A DNA stretch of 63,340 nt, the filler included, from Chrysochromulina tobinii (taxonomy: Eukaryota), in NCBI GenBank assembly GCA_001275005.1. It is 8 parts of 8 records of this genome, joined end to end, with 100 filler letters (N's around TTAATTAATTAA, not from the genome) between each part and the next. Parts side by side here need not be neighbours in the genome. Positions count along the whole stretch, not along the records: positions 24,703 to 36,838 come from JWZX01000171.1; positions 36,939 to 39,973 come from JWZX01000172.1; positions 40,074 to 48,326 come from JWZX01000173.1; 5 more parts are not named here. One strand, 5' to 3'. Under the pieces are notes generated by a model, which was not told the DNA's origin, made no database searches, and worked only from the letters and a program-made list of their open reading frames with translations. The stretch's first letter is position 1; each line of letters begins with the position of its first letter. Both the position numbers and the translations under genes were made by a program. Shown here one piece after another: positions 31,998-43,729 of this stretch.

Positions 31998-33158
31998 ATG
32001 GCGTCGGTGGCAATCGAGATCCTGAGCGACGAAGAGGATCTGGCCGCGCCTCCCCCGACTGCTTCCGCGCCGCCAGGGCACATCAGCCGCCGCCGCCGCC
32101 TGCGTGAGGAGTCTGCTTCATCTTCCTCGGCCGCCGGCGGCGGCGGTGCCTCGACTGCCATCGACCTTGATGACGACGACGAGCTCGTGGCGCTGCCGCC
32201 GCCGCCACCCCGTGTGGCCTCGGGCCGTGCCGACGAGCCGGTTGCCCTCGAGGACGATGATCCGGCCGAGCGGGCTGCGCAACGCCGCAAGTATGAGGCG
32301 GCTGCGTGTAAGATATGCGAAGCAGCCGTGCTGCGCATGGCGTACAAGCTTCACGGGTGTGGCCACAGCTTTTGCCGCACGTGCATCGCCGAGTACGTCG
32401 AGCGCAAGCTGCGCCGTCACCTTGCAAGCGAGGTTGCGTGCCCCACGTGTGCCAAGGCATTGGCCATCCTCGATGTGCAGACGCTCAGCGCAGACGGCAA
32501 AGACACTCGGCCGCGCACGGTGCATCATGCCGATTCGATAGTGCTGCCCCCCGGTCTGCCACCGCACGTGGCGGCCGCGTTCCTGCAGCGGCACGGAGGC
32601 GCCGCCGGTGGAAGCAGGAGCGGCGGCGGTGGCGGTATGGACGGTATGGGCGGGCCGCCGCGCGCCACGGGCAGCGCCGCAGCGACCAAGCGACTGATGC
32701 GAGAGTTCCAGGCGATCCAGAAGGCGAACACGTCGCAGCACGGCTTCGACGTCGAGCTGCCCGACGAGACCGATATGTACACGTGGGACGCCACCTTTTT
32801 TGGCTTCGAGAAGGGCACCCCTCTTGCAAAGGATCTCGAGCGATCTCCGGGCAAGCGGATCTTGCTGCGCATCGCCTTCCCGTCGACGTATCCAGCCGCG
32901 CCGCCCTACATTCGCGTCATCCGGCCGCGCTTCCAGTTCCGCACCGGCCACGTGACCATCGGCGGCTCCATCTGCACCGAGATGCTCACCTCGGCGGGCT
33001 GGCAGCCGACGATGACCATCGAGTCGGCGCTGCTCTCGATCCGCACCAACATGCTCGTTGGCGGCGCGCGGCTAGACCTCAGCCAGCGCAGCGACTACTC
33101 AGAGCTCGAGGCGCGCGAGGCCTTCAATAGGATGGTGCGCGAGCACGGCTGGTTCTGA
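31998..33158 (+). CDS. RING finger + UBE2Q-type ubiquitin-conjugating (E2) fusion with N-terminal SIM-like motifs
   Basis: CKIC..CGHSFCRTC..CPTC; KRLMREF, FPSTYPAAPPYIRVIRPRF..GHVTIGGSICTEMLT..GWQP; IEILSDEED, AIDLDDDDE, VALEDDD. Confidence 0.9.
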   Translation: MASVAIEILSDEEDLAAPPPTASAPPGHISRRRRLREESASSSSAAGGGGASTAIDLDDDDELVALPPPPPRVASGRADEPVALEDDDPAERAAQRRKYEAAACKICEAAVLRMAYKLHGCGHSFCRTCIAEYVERKLRRHLASEVACPTCAKALAILDVQTLSADGKDTRPRTVHHADSIVLPPGLPPHVAAAFLQRHGGAAGGSRSGGGGGMDGMGGPPRATGSAAATKRLMREFQAIQKANTSQHGFDVELPDETDMYTWDATFFGFEKGTPLAKDLERSPGKRILLRIAFPSTYPAAPPYIRVIRPRFQFRTGHVTIGGSICTEMLTSAGWQPTMTIESALLSIRTNMLVGGARLDLSQRSDYSELEAREAFNRMVREHGWF

Positions 33159-33560
33159 AAGTTGGCTGTGAGAGGGGCTTGGATAGGGCTTGGGCGCTTG
33201 GGCGCAGGTTATGCGCTGAAACGTGAAAGCCCCGAACCACGACCGTCGACGCAACGCGGGCTCTGTGGCCGCTCGCCGCTCCGATCGCCCGCACCCCGCT
33301 CGTACGACGCGCTCCGCGCCCCCCCCCCCCCGCCCGCCTGTGACTTCGGTTGATCCGATCGTCATCGTGTTACAGCCGGGCGGCGGTGTGTAGTCGTTGA
33401 TCCGTGGTTGCGTGTTGTCAGTTGTGGTGTGAACGGGTGTAAGCGCTCAACACGATAAGAACACGACATGTGACAGCCACCGAGACTCGTCTGTGTTACG
33501 TCCGTGTCTGATCCGTGACCAGCTCGGCCGCGGGGAGCTCTAACACGTCTAAGGCTTCCT

Positions 33561-34655
33561 TCACCGGAGATGAACGGAACACTCGGGGGGCACGTTGGGG
33601 CCATCGTCATCGGAGAGGGGCTCGTCTTTGCCGCCCACAAAGTCAAAATGGTCGAGGACCTGCTCGAGAACCATGGCACCGCAGGATGCTTGGACCACCG
33701 GCCTCTGAAGCTCCGCCGCGAGCAGTCCTTCCCACTCGTCAGCATCCAGCGCGTTCCCCCAGTGGCATACGGCGATCAGATTCTGAGTGGTGCTGCAACG
33801 CACGCTGTACACGCTGTCGAAGCGCTGGCACAGGAGCCGCAGCACTCCCCGCGCAATGTAGTAGTCGGGGTCGTCCGGGTCGTCAGGCGGTCCGGTGTGC
33901 ACGTTGATCATCAGAAGCCCAGCTTTCGAGAGGCAGCCTGCAGCGGCGTCGAGGGTCGGATTCTTACGTGCACTCGGCGACAATCCCTCTGCATCGAAGA
34001 CGTCGAGCAAGATGACGTCATAGCGGCCATCATCAGCAGTACCCACAGCCGCTTCAGCAGCGCCGGCAGCCTCGGTAGCAACAGCAGCCTCCGCATCGGC
34101 ACCGAACCCGTCAGCGTCGTCAACTGCATCGGCACCTTGCTTAGCACCTTCTGCGAGGAGCCATCGATGACGGCTTTTGAGGAACGTCGCGCACTCGCCC
34201 GCTTCGGCGGTGCATCGCGGTTCGCTCAACTCCAGGCCAAAGTACGTGGCAGCTGCCGTGATCACCTCGGGCTCGAGCTCCACCGAGTGTACCCGGCCAG
34301 CAGGCGGGAGTGCGGATGCCAGGACACGTGCGATCGAGCCGCCACCAAGGCCGAGAAGCAGCACACGCGGAGCATCTGACGTGGTGGATGTGCCACGTGC
34401 GGCCCACCCAAGCGTTAGGACACTCATGATGCGCACCAGCTCCAGCGGTTGTGCTGGCGAGAGTGACCCATCGGCAAGCACCAATGCGTCTGATTGGCAA
34501 TGGCCGTCGAGGTAGAGCGTTCGCACGCCGCGCTCCTCTTCAACAGACACCATGACTCCGGTGCCCGAGCTCGGCGTCTTCATGAGAACCTTGACGTCCG
34601 GCGTGCCAGCGTAGCCCTCCGCGACCGTCGGCGATGCGCCGTAGCGAGTGGACAT
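33561..34655 (-). CDS. Spermidine-synthase-like SAM-dependent methyltransferase
   Basis: VRTLYLDGHCQS, VLLLGLGGGSI, VELEPEVITAAATYFGL, YDVILLDVFD, GLLMINV. Confidence 0.85.
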   Translation of the reverse strand: MSTRYGASPTVAEGYAGTPDVKVLMKTPSSGTGVMVSVEEERGVRTLYLDGHCQSDALVLADGSLSPAQPLELVRIMSVLTLGWAARGTSTTSDAPRVLLLGLGGGSIARVLASALPPAGRVHSVELEPEVITAAATYFGLELSEPRCTAEAGECATFLKSRHRWLLAEGAKQGADAVDDADGFGADAEAAVATEAAGAAEAAVGTADDGRYDVILLDVFDAEGLSPSARKNPTLDAAAGCLSKAGLLMINVHTGPPDDPDDPDYYIARGVLRLLCQRFDSVYSVRCSTTQNLIAVCHWGNALDADEWEGLLAAELQRPVVQASCGAMVLEQVLDHFDFVGGKDEPLSDDDGPNVPPECSVHLR

Positions 34656-34785
34656 TAGTGCGAAAAGCAGACGCTGCCTGTGAACCTTTGGCTGTGAAAA
34701 ACAAGGTGGCAAGGTGGGCCGACACAACCTGCTATACACAGGCCGTTAATCGGCAGAATGTGGAGGCGAGGCAACCACTTCACCT

Positions 34786-34936
34786 CGAAAGAGTACGCCA
34801 CCGCTGCTTCTGCTGTCAACACAACGCGCAAGACCTCCGCTGCTGCTGCTGTTCAACACAACGCGCACGACCTCCGGACCCCCAAGCACGAGGGCCTCTA
34901 TCGCTATGGACGGAGGTGTGGCCAACACAACCTGCT
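34786..34936 (-). repeat. Detached copy (~1.5 units) of the 94-bp monomer found upstream of ORF 37177
   Basis: Reverse complement of ggccacacctccgtccatagcgatagaggccctcgtgcttgggggtccggagg...gttgaacagcagcag. Confidence 0.85.
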
Positions 34937-35588
34937 ATTACACAGCGCGTAAGTCGGCGGCACGGGGGGAGGCCCTGGGGGAGGCGCGCAGCCTCCCCGT
35001 CCCCCTCTAGAGTAAACCAATCAAGGATGAAACCAATAGTACGGATCGGGCCGCTGTTCGCAGCGGCAACTGCCGCGGCGGCGCGCACGCGCGCGCGCCG
35101 CGGTGTCGTCTCCCCTTGGAGCAGTAGTATAACCTGACGCACATGCACCGCGCGTGGCACCCCTAGTTCATGCGGGCTTCTGCGCCCGCGCCGCGATCAC
35201 GGCCGTGCGCCTTACGCGCGCTTAGTGCGCCCGAAGGCACGCACCATGCAGCCACGCACCCTCTCCGAGACATCTTATGCGCGTCCTGTCGGCGCCTCGC
35301 CTATTACTCGCCTACAGGTTACCGCCTATACCGGTTACCGCGTTCGACGTTCGAGCACTGTGTGTGGGGGTGATCCGACGCGTACGCCCCCCTCCTCCAC
35401 AGCTCCACTCTGGCCCCTACGACATCGAATTGAAATTCTCGCCCGCCTCGATCGCCCGCCGGACCGCCTCGCCGGGCGGTCAGTCAACTCGCTGACCAGT
35501 GACCTCGACGATGTGCGCGTGTTCAAATGGTCTACGCATTTGAACTACGGCTTACCTTTCAATTGCGTTTTCAGTTGTTTTCAATGTA

Positions 35589-36543
35589 CTACGCACGCGC
35601 TCTGCAACCGCTTTCATTGAAAATCGGCAGAGCAAGCTTCGAGTCGTACATGAACGAGTCGTCGTCCTCCTCGACATAACGCGTGGTCGAGCATGTTGGA
35701 GAACGGAGTTTCTTCCCTACACGGTTCATGAGAGCGGCCGCAGCACGGCACTTTGGCAAGGCATCGCACGGCATCGGGCGGCCTTCTTTCTGCTCAACAA
35801 ATTGACGATGCCACTCGAGGGCGAGCAGGTTGATGCTGCGGTCTCGGGGCCCGCAAACCAGCCCCATGTCGAGCATGCGCCCAACAATGTCGAACTCTGC
35901 TGCTTCGACATCGAGCTTCATCAGCACCGTCGGTGACGTAGGGGCCGACGAAGATGGGATGCGCCGCTCCAGAATGTGGTATCGTATCCACCACGCGAGG
36001 TCAATGGCAGCAACCTCGTTGCGCCGTCTGCTTCCTCCAGCTCCTGCCGTGTTGTAGTAACGAGGCGGCCCACTCCTGCCGACGTATATTGACGGGGTCG
36101 TCATAGAAGGGCAGCGTGGAATTAATCGCGGCGGCAGCTGTCTCAGTGAAGATTTTGGCGCGCCAGCCTCGTGCCTTGTAGCACGTCTCGAGAGATCGCA
36201 GCCGCGGCGAGTGATGCACGTTCGCTTCGAATGCGAATGAGCACGTGTGCTGCTGTCGATTCTCGCCCAGCATGGAGTCGAAGGCACCTGTCCATGAGAA
36301 ACTGTGACCGGGAGTGCGAGTGCCAGCCAACGGGTAGGCTTGCGGCTCAAAGAGCTTGCGCGTCTGCACGCCGATATTTGCGCCTACGTCGAGGAAGACG
36401 TGAAGGCAGCCATCACCCCAATGACTGCCTGGCGAAGGCCCTTCCAGGGCGAGCTGCAGTGATGCAGCAGCTGATATTGGTACTGTACAGTATACCATTA
36501 TCGCCACGAGAGCGCACAGTGCGGCGGCGCGCCCATTTGCCAT
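35589..36543 (-). CDS. FkbM-family (Methyltransf_21-like) methyltransferase with signal peptide; one frameshift near 36020-36040
   Basis: CLHVFLDVGANIGVQTRKLFEP, FAFEAN, then in another frame IDLAWWI..VLMKLDVEAAEF..LALEWH. Confidence 0.8.
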
Positions 36544-36938
36544 GAGGGAGTCCGCGTGCGTCCCGTGTGATAAACGCCGAGGGGTGAAATGACCAGACCG
36601 CCTGGAGTACAGTCTGTGAAACGCTAGACGCGGGCCTTCCACCCAAGAAACGTGTACGCGAACTCACACACCGAGTGCGGCTCATGCCCTAACCGTGCCC
36701 GTGTAGCAAGGAGAGCGCATGACGACGGACGCACGCTGACACTCGTACTCTACGCTGCATACGAGCCATACAGCTTGACAACCTTGGTGGGCAGCGCGGG
36801 CCAGAGCTCGTCGACCGCCGCCAGAGAGCGACCATGCCNNNNNNNNNNNNNNNNNNNNNNNNNNNNNNNNNNNNNNNNNNNNTTAATTAATTAANNNNNN
36901 NNNNNNNNNNNNNNNNNNNNNNNNNNNNNNNNNNNNNN

Positions 36939-37120
36939 CGGCCACACCTCCGTCCATAGCGATAGAGGCCCTCGTGCTTGGGGGTCCGGAGGTTGTGCGC
37001 GTTGTGTTGAACAGCAGCAGCAGGCGTTGTGTCGGCCACACCTCCGTCCATAGCGATAGAGGCCCTCGTGCTTGGGGGTCCGGAGGTTGTGCGCGTTGTG
37101 TTGAACAGCAGCAGCAGGCG
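36939..37120 (+). repeat. 94-bp tandem monomers (two or more, truncated by gap) ~57 bp upstream of ORF 37177
   Basis: Units start at 36939 and 37033. Confidence 0.9.
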
Positions 37121-37176
37121 TCTTCGAAAGGCAGGAGCCGAGTAGACCCCACGGCCTGACGTAGCGTACTCACATC

Positions 37177-37701
37177 ATGAAACAAACTCTCCGCTCTGGT
37201 GCACCTGCATTCGCACCGAGCTCCTCTACTACTCCACCAAATCTTGCTATTCAGGCAGACTCCCCCGGCGAGGTGCAGCCTGAAAGGATGTTTATTTCCG
37301 ATAATATGGAAGTTTCGGAGTCGCTTGCCACAAATGGAAGCGGCGTGCTCTTCCCGCGAATGGCTGCCGCTGACCCGAACGCAGCAGCACCTGCGCGCGA
37401 GTCCGCCGAGGCCGCAACTTGGCGCAAGAGTCCGACTCGAGCACCATCAACGGCAGCAGCAGCAGCAGCAGAAGCTGCACCTTCCCAGAGCACGTCGCCA
37501 GGGATTGTGATGACGATCGATGGAATCCTGGGCGCTGCGGCAGCAGCAGCAGCAGCTCCGTGGAATCGCTCAGCATCGACCGGCGCGCCCGCGTTCCCAG
37601 ATCCGACCGCGCACGGCGCATCACCGCCTCTCTTCCTGTCGCCGCAGCAGTGGGCGGCGCAGCAGCAGCAGGTCCATCAGTATGTGGAACAGCAGCAGCA
37701 T

Positions 37702-37732
<31 letters not shown>

Positions 37733-39973
37733 AAGCAGCAGCAGGGGCAGCAGCAGGAGCAGCAGCGACGGCAGCATCACCAGCAGCAGTGGCAGCGGGA
37801 GGAGGAGCAGCGGCGCGACGCCCGCCGACGCACTTTCCGACGGGCACGGCCGCATTGGCAACGGCAGCCTCAGCAGCACCTGCAGCCTCGGCAGCAGCAG
37901 CACCACCACCACCACCACCAGCGGCTCGAGCATCAGCAGGGGCAGGATCGGCGGCGCCAGCGTCGGCACCCGCGAGATCGTCAGCGGGATCCTCGGCGGG
38001 GGCGACTCTGGCAGCGGCTAGGCCGTCCTCGACGACGGCGGTTCTTCACCTCGACGCGAATGGTGCCATCGAACGCTCGAGCGCGAGCGGAGACACTCGC
38101 GTCCTCCCAGCGGATTTCGACCGCGTGCAAACGCGCTTGACGCAGCTTTTCATGGTTCCCACCGTGGAGACGCTCATCGCGCACGCGCCGCCGCGCAAGG
38201 CCGCCAACGCGGTCACCACCAAACTAACGATCACGCCGATCCAGTCGGATGCCCCCGACGCGACTCATAACCCTTGCATCATTCCTGCCAATGCGTCGCC
38301 CGCAGCTGCAGGCCACGCCGCCATGTGCCTCCGCATGGAGGTCTGGCAGGCGTGCGAGGAGAACTATGCGCGCGAAGGCGGGGACGACCCAGCCACTCGC
38401 TTCGCAGCCATCTTCCCCGGAGGCAACCGGGCGTTTACGGTCGCCAGAGATGGCGGCCGCGCGACGGGGCAGATTATAGTCAACGCCTCGGTCGACGAGT
38501 CGCCGCGCCTCCGGTCGTGGCTCAAGAGCCTGTCGGCGGGGTACCTAGTATCCGTGGCGGCCAGCGACGAGTACAACTATGCGGTCGCAGTCGAGAAGCA
38601 GTTTCAGGGCCGCCCCGTACACCTCGCCGAGGTGCAGGCCGCGATATACACGCAGCTGGGCGTCGAGACCACCATCTTCTACAACAACCGCGAGTACAAG
38701 AACTGCGCGATCTTTGCCTTCATGCTCACGGACGCGCAGCATGCGAGCGTCGTCGCCAACATGGACGGAGAGGCGGTCATCGAGCTCCTTGGCGAGCGCA
38801 CACCTATCTTCGACTTCTACCCGAAGGCGCTCCGCCACAAGATCTACCTCATGGGCGGCAGCGACGGGCTGTACTCGGAGCCGTATGTGATCCAACACTT
38901 TGCCGATTTGCTCTGCACGAGCCCCGAAACCATGGTCTTTACGTCGGTGGTTGACATCGCCTCCCGCCACGCTGGACTCCACTGCCTCGAGGTCGACTAC
39001 ACTGCTGACACCTACGACCAGGTCTGCGAGCTCACCGCCCAGGCGATTATGCGCATCCAGAACCCGCGGAAGCCGCGCCTCCCAGGTACCAAGCTCACCG
39101 TCGCTGCCTCCGCGGACGAGATGCAGTTGCTGCTCAACTTCGGCATCCTCAAGGGCATCGCCGCCCCGGAGGCCATCGAGGAGTTTGGCGCCGCCCCGCT
39201 CCAGATTGCCCCGACCCGGCCGCGCCTCAGTGCGCTGCTGATCCAAGGCCCCCCGAGACCGCCGTCTGCCCCGGCTGGCCTGACCGCGCCTGCCCGCCCG
39301 CCTGCTGCCGCAACCAGCCCGTCTACCGCTGCGACTCGCCTGCCCGCAGCACAGCCCAGCCAGCCCGCTGCTCCGATCGGTCCCGCCGCATCTTCCGCCA
39401 TGGGATCGGCGGACACCGTGGCACTGGCGGCCTCCATTGGACTCAATCCGTCGGAGTTGCAGATCCAGTTCCAGCAGTTCCTGACCCACCACGCCGAGCA
39501 GCTGCGGCTGCAGCAGCAGGAGCGGTACTTGCAGCAACAAGAGGACCAGCGGAATCGGCTCATCTCCGATCAGATCGCGGCCGCTAGCGCAATAGCGGAG
39601 GAGCAACAGCAGCTCGCCTCGCAACAGCAGCTCGGCCAGCAGCAGCAGTCGCAGCAGCCCGAGCAGCCGCCGTTGCAGGCGCCGCAGCCGCTCTCGCAGC
39701 CGCCGCTGCAGCCGGTCTTGCAGCAGCAGCCGCCGCCATCGTCACCCCCGCCCGCAGCGGCAGATGAGGCTGACGACTGGACCATGGGCATGGCGCCCGA
39801 TGACCGCGGTACGCTTCGACCCCGGCCACGCCTCCCGCCAGGTCTCGCCGCTGATCTTCGCCTCGCCTCCTACCCCTCTCACCCTATCTGTATCGCCCAT
39901 CTGTCTCCCCCGCAGCCGAACTCTAATCAGAGCGAGGGCACTCCCCCGGTCGCTGAGGCGGATCGGGGAGGGC
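37177..39973 (+). CDS. Long intronless ORF (3'-partial), possible retroelement ORF1/gag-like protein
   Basis: >930 codons; Ala/Gln/Pro low-complexity ends around a globular core; tandem 5' monomers; contig broken on both sides; no diagnostic motif seen. Confidence 0.45.
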
Positions 39974-40073
39974 NNNNNNNNNNNNNNNNNNNNNNNNNNN
40001 NNNNNNNNNNNNNNNNNTTAATTAATTAANNNNNNNNNNNNNNNNNNNNNNNNNNNNNNNNNNNNNNNNNNNN

Positions 40074-40990
40074 TCCGACATGCGATGCTGGAGACCGAAG
40101 CCAAGATGCAGAGTCTTGAGCGCAGCCTCAGCCGGCTCGCCGAGGGCGAGCTCGACTGCCCCCGCCTCTTTGTGCTACTGCCGATGGAGGCATCGAGCTC
40201 GAAGCTCATGCAGCTCGTCAAGAGGGAGTTTGTCAAGGACAAGTACCGCCTCGTCTTCCTCGACCCGGTGACCGGCTGCGCGGTGCGCTGCGGCCCCGAC
40301 GGCGACGGCTACAAGCTGGAAGTGCCCAAGAAGTGGCTGGTTGAGAACCGCAAGATTATCTCGGCCGCCCTTCACATTGTGAAGAGTTGCGTCATGGCAG
40401 GCCGCCTTGCGGGGCTGCCGCTGCCGTCGGCTGCCGGACTGCCGGCGCAGGCGGTGTCGAAGGCGGAGGTCGAGGCGCTCAAGACCTTTGAGGCTGTGTA
40501 TTCGGGCGAGGGAGTTCTCGGAGACGATGCAAGCAGCACGTCGTCCTCAGCCTCGCCGTCCGCGGTGAAGGCGGTGAAGGCGGCGACGGGCCAGGCATAC
40601 AAGCAGCTGCGCAAGATGCTCAAGGAGCAGTGCAAAGACGAGTACCTGGTGCACTGTGAGATGACCAAGGAGAAGGCGCGCGACGGCTCGATCGAGTTCG
40701 TGAGCGCCGGCAGCAAGGAACGCTTCCTCCACTTCGGCCAGCAGGCCCTGATCTGGAACGACGAGACGCTCAAGCAAAAAGCGGCGGCCAAGGCGGCGGC
40801 GCTCAGGGAAGTCGAGGCAATGGCCGCTGCGCCCGCCAGTAAAGCGAAGGCGGTTCCATTCGGCACTGGGGCGGGTGAGATGGCGGGCCCGGAACTCAAA
40901 CCCACTGCCGCAACCAAGGTCTCGGAGCTCCAGAACCCACCGATCGTGTCCTCGTTCCTGGAGATGTTTTCGAAGCCAGAGGGTGTGTAA
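40074..40990 (+). CDS. C-terminal fragment resembling ROCO/TORNADO1-like protein tails
   Basis: DCPRLFVLLP..YRLVFLDP..GPDGDGYKLEVPKKW..AGLPLP..TGQAYKQL; 5' part lost in gap. Confidence 0.55.
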
Positions 40991-41822
40991 AAAACGCCCG
41001 ACGTGGCGGTGACCAACAAGAAGGACAAGACGACGATGCTGCCAATCGTCGGCAAGACCGACGAGCGCGTCCGGTAGATGATGAGCGGCATGCACAGCTG
41101 CTGAGCCTGAGGGGTTTTCACTTCGGCTTTTGTCATACTTTTGGAAGGGGAAGGGGGGAGCGTGGACGTGGGATCGTCGGGGGTGGGGCGCCATCTTGGC
41201 GTCCAGAGGCAGAGCGTTACGTACGAGCAGCAGCTCAGGTGAGGAACTATGCTCCATCCTCCATGGAGGGGTGGTCCGGTCCCTTGTGTAAAGTGTCGTG
41301 CGTCTGTTTTACATGTGCCCGCATGCTGAGGCGCGGGGGCGGGGGGCGGGTCCTGACTCGCTTTGTGTTGGCTGTTGCCATGCGCATGATGGCCAGCGAG
41401 GAGAGACGACAGTGGCGCATGTCTGGCTTGTCGCGCTTGTATGCGAAGCCGCGAGGACGAGAGCGAGACAGTGAGCACGAGGTCGGTTGTGTCGTGTGCG
41501 ATTTTTGATAGATGATACCGGTGTCATGTCGCGGTGTCAAGTGTGGTGTGCGCCGCCGGCGGAGGGCGCATGCCCGAGAATGGCGCACGTGCGTAAGATT
41601 CGACGCGGCGGTCCGACCGACTTTGTGTCCACACATGCTGACCACACACGCGGGTACGTCCGCGGACCGAGACGCTCCCCCGGCACGAGCACGACCTCCA
41701 TCTCGTGAGCGGCGACGCGCGGCATGCGGCTCGGCTCGGCTCACGGTCGTGATCCTGAAAGTACTCGCTCTCGCAGCCAAAGGTCTTGGCGCGTGATTCG
41801 CTCCCTAGTCTCGGGATCAAGC

Positions 41823-43511
41823 CTACTGCGCGTACGCGGCCTGGACCTGGCCCTTGAGCTCCTTGATCATCTCGAAGCAGAAGTCGCGGTCGGCGGCGCC
41901 CTGCGCGAGCTGCTCGAGCAGTCCACTCTTCTGCAGCTCAGCCGCCTGTAGCCTCGACTGGAGCTCAGCCTTGTCATTCTGGAGCGTCTGACGCGCCTCG
42001 ACGAGCATCGTGCGCTCGCGCATCGTGGTCGCCTCTGCCGCGCTCGCCGCGTCGCTCGCCTTCTTCGCCTCCGCCTGCGCGCCCACGAGCTGGCCCGCCA
42101 TGGTACTCAACTGACGCTCCAGAGCGGCCACCTGCACCGCCTTCGCCTCCAGCTGCTGCGAGTGCTCGCGCTCGCGCGACGAGAGGGCGACGTTGTCGAG
42201 CCGCGCCTGCACGAGAAGCTTCTCGCGTGCCTCCCGCTCCTCCCTCAGCTCCCGCTTGAGCTCCGCGACGAGATTGCGCTCGCGCTCGCACTCCGAATGG
42301 CTCGCGTCGAGCAGCGCCTGCAGCCGTTGGATGTCCGGTAGCGCGCCCGCCTGTGCCGCCGCGAGCAGGCCGAGGGCCTCCTCCTTCTTGCGCACCGCCT
42401 CGACGAGCTCCGCCTGCATCTGGGAGCGCAGCGCCTCATTGGCGCGCTCAGCAACGTCTCGCGCCTCGCGCGCCTCACGCAACGCGGCTGCGGTGCCGCC
42501 GTCGCCGCCGTCGCCGTACGCGCTGACGCCGAGGGCCGACTGGAGCGCCTCGAGGCCGCTCGCGAGGCGCCCAACGTCCTCCGTCGCGGCGGCCGTGCGC
42601 TGCCACTCGGACTGCGCCGCGCCACGAAGGTCTTTGAGTTCCTTGGCCATCGTCGCCTTCTCGACCTGCACAGCTCGGAGCAATTCGGATTCCGATCGGC
42701 GTGCCGTCTCGAGCGCCTCCTGCGCCGCCTTGCGCGCCGCGTTGGCGGCGACCGCATCGGCCTGCGCGCGGTCGCGCTGCTTCTCGACCTCGCGCAGCTG
42801 CCGCTCGCTCTCCCGCAGCAGCCGCTCCCACGTCTTCTTATCGGCACGGCTCGCCTCGAGCGCCGCGTCCTTCTCCGTGCGAGCGGCGACCAGCTGAGCC
42901 TCGAGTGTGGTGACCACCTTGGCGAGCACGCTCTGGTTGCCCTCGATATTCTTGGCGACCTGCGCCATCGCCTTCGCGTCGTTGCGCGTCTGCTCCCACA
43001 TCGCCGTCTTGTCTGCACGCGCCTCGTCCGCCTGCGCCGCAAGGACGCGGATCATCGCGTGCGCCTGCTCGATGCTGCCAAAGTGCTCACCCTTAGTCGC
43101 AGAGATCACCTGTGTGGCCGTGAAGGCCGCGCTAGCCGGTGACGGGCGCGCTGTCGTGTCCGGCTTGGTCATTGCCTCCTCCTCTGCCTTGTTCATCTCG
43201 TCCTCACGCGGGCTGATCGCATCCTTGCCGCCGGGCGTGCGCTTGGCTCCAGGAGGTCCGGGTGGCGGCCGGTTGCTCGAGCGCGGCCGCACGAAGGGCG
43301 ATGCGCCGCGCGGCGCGCCGGCGACAACGCCGCGCGGCGACAAGCTGCGCACGGTGTTACTGCTCGTCGGAGCGCCGTCGGTAGGCGTGCTGCTGCGAGG
43401 CGAGGTCTGACCGCTGACGGTTGGCGCTGGCGTCTTTGCGTCGCGATAGCCCCGAGGCGAGACATTGCCAGGACGTGGTGGCTCGGATATACGCGGGCTG
43501 ACCGTCGCCAT
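41823..43511 (-). CDS. Long coiled-coil protein with SP-rich disordered N-terminus
   Basis: 562-aa ATG ORF, heptad-rich A/E/L/R composition. Confidence 0.8.
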   Translation of the reverse strand: MATVSPRISEPPRPGNVSPRGYRDAKTPAPTVSGQTSPRSSTPTDGAPTSSNTVRSLSPRGVVAGAPRGASPFVRPRSSNRPPPGPPGAKRTPGGKDAISPREDEMNKAEEEAMTKPDTTARPSPASAAFTATQVISATKGEHFGSIEQAHAMIRVLAAQADEARADKTAMWEQTRNDAKAMAQVAKNIEGNQSVLAKVVTTLEAQLVAARTEKDAALEASRADKKTWERLLRESERQLREVEKQRDRAQADAVAANAARKAAQEALETARRSESELLRAVQVEKATMAKELKDLRGAAQSEWQRTAAATEDVGRLASGLEALQSALGVSAYGDGGDGGTAAALREAREARDVAERANEALRSQMQAELVEAVRKKEEALGLLAAAQAGALPDIQRLQALLDASHSECERERNLVAELKRELREEREAREKLLVQARLDNVALSSREREHSQQLEAKAVQVAALERQLSTMAGQLVGAQAEAKKASDAASAAEATTMRERTMLVEARQTLQNDKAELQSRLQAAELQKSGLLEQLAQGAADRDFCFEMIKELKGQVQAAYAQ

Positions 43512-43729
43512 CGGCGCGACTGGAGTGACGACGGCAGCAGGCGCGTCGGACGGTCAGGTGAAGCGTTGTCCTCGAATTCGGAATTCGATGAGCAAAATCT
43601 GAGACCTACACAATCATGTGGGGGAACCCCTTGCCTGAGGCAGGAGGGGCCACGCGTTGCTCACAATTCACGCCAACGGGATCCGAGTGAGTGGACCCTC
43701 GTGCGTGCGCTGATCTCTGTTCGACCACG

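Noticed and set aside
36015..36045. Frameshift in the FkbM-like gene as recoding
   Set aside because: No slippery site or structure seen; an error cannot be distinguished from a recent mutation
40372..41478. 368-aa minus-strand ORF
   Set aside because: Largely antisense to the + strand CDS fragment; no recognisable motif
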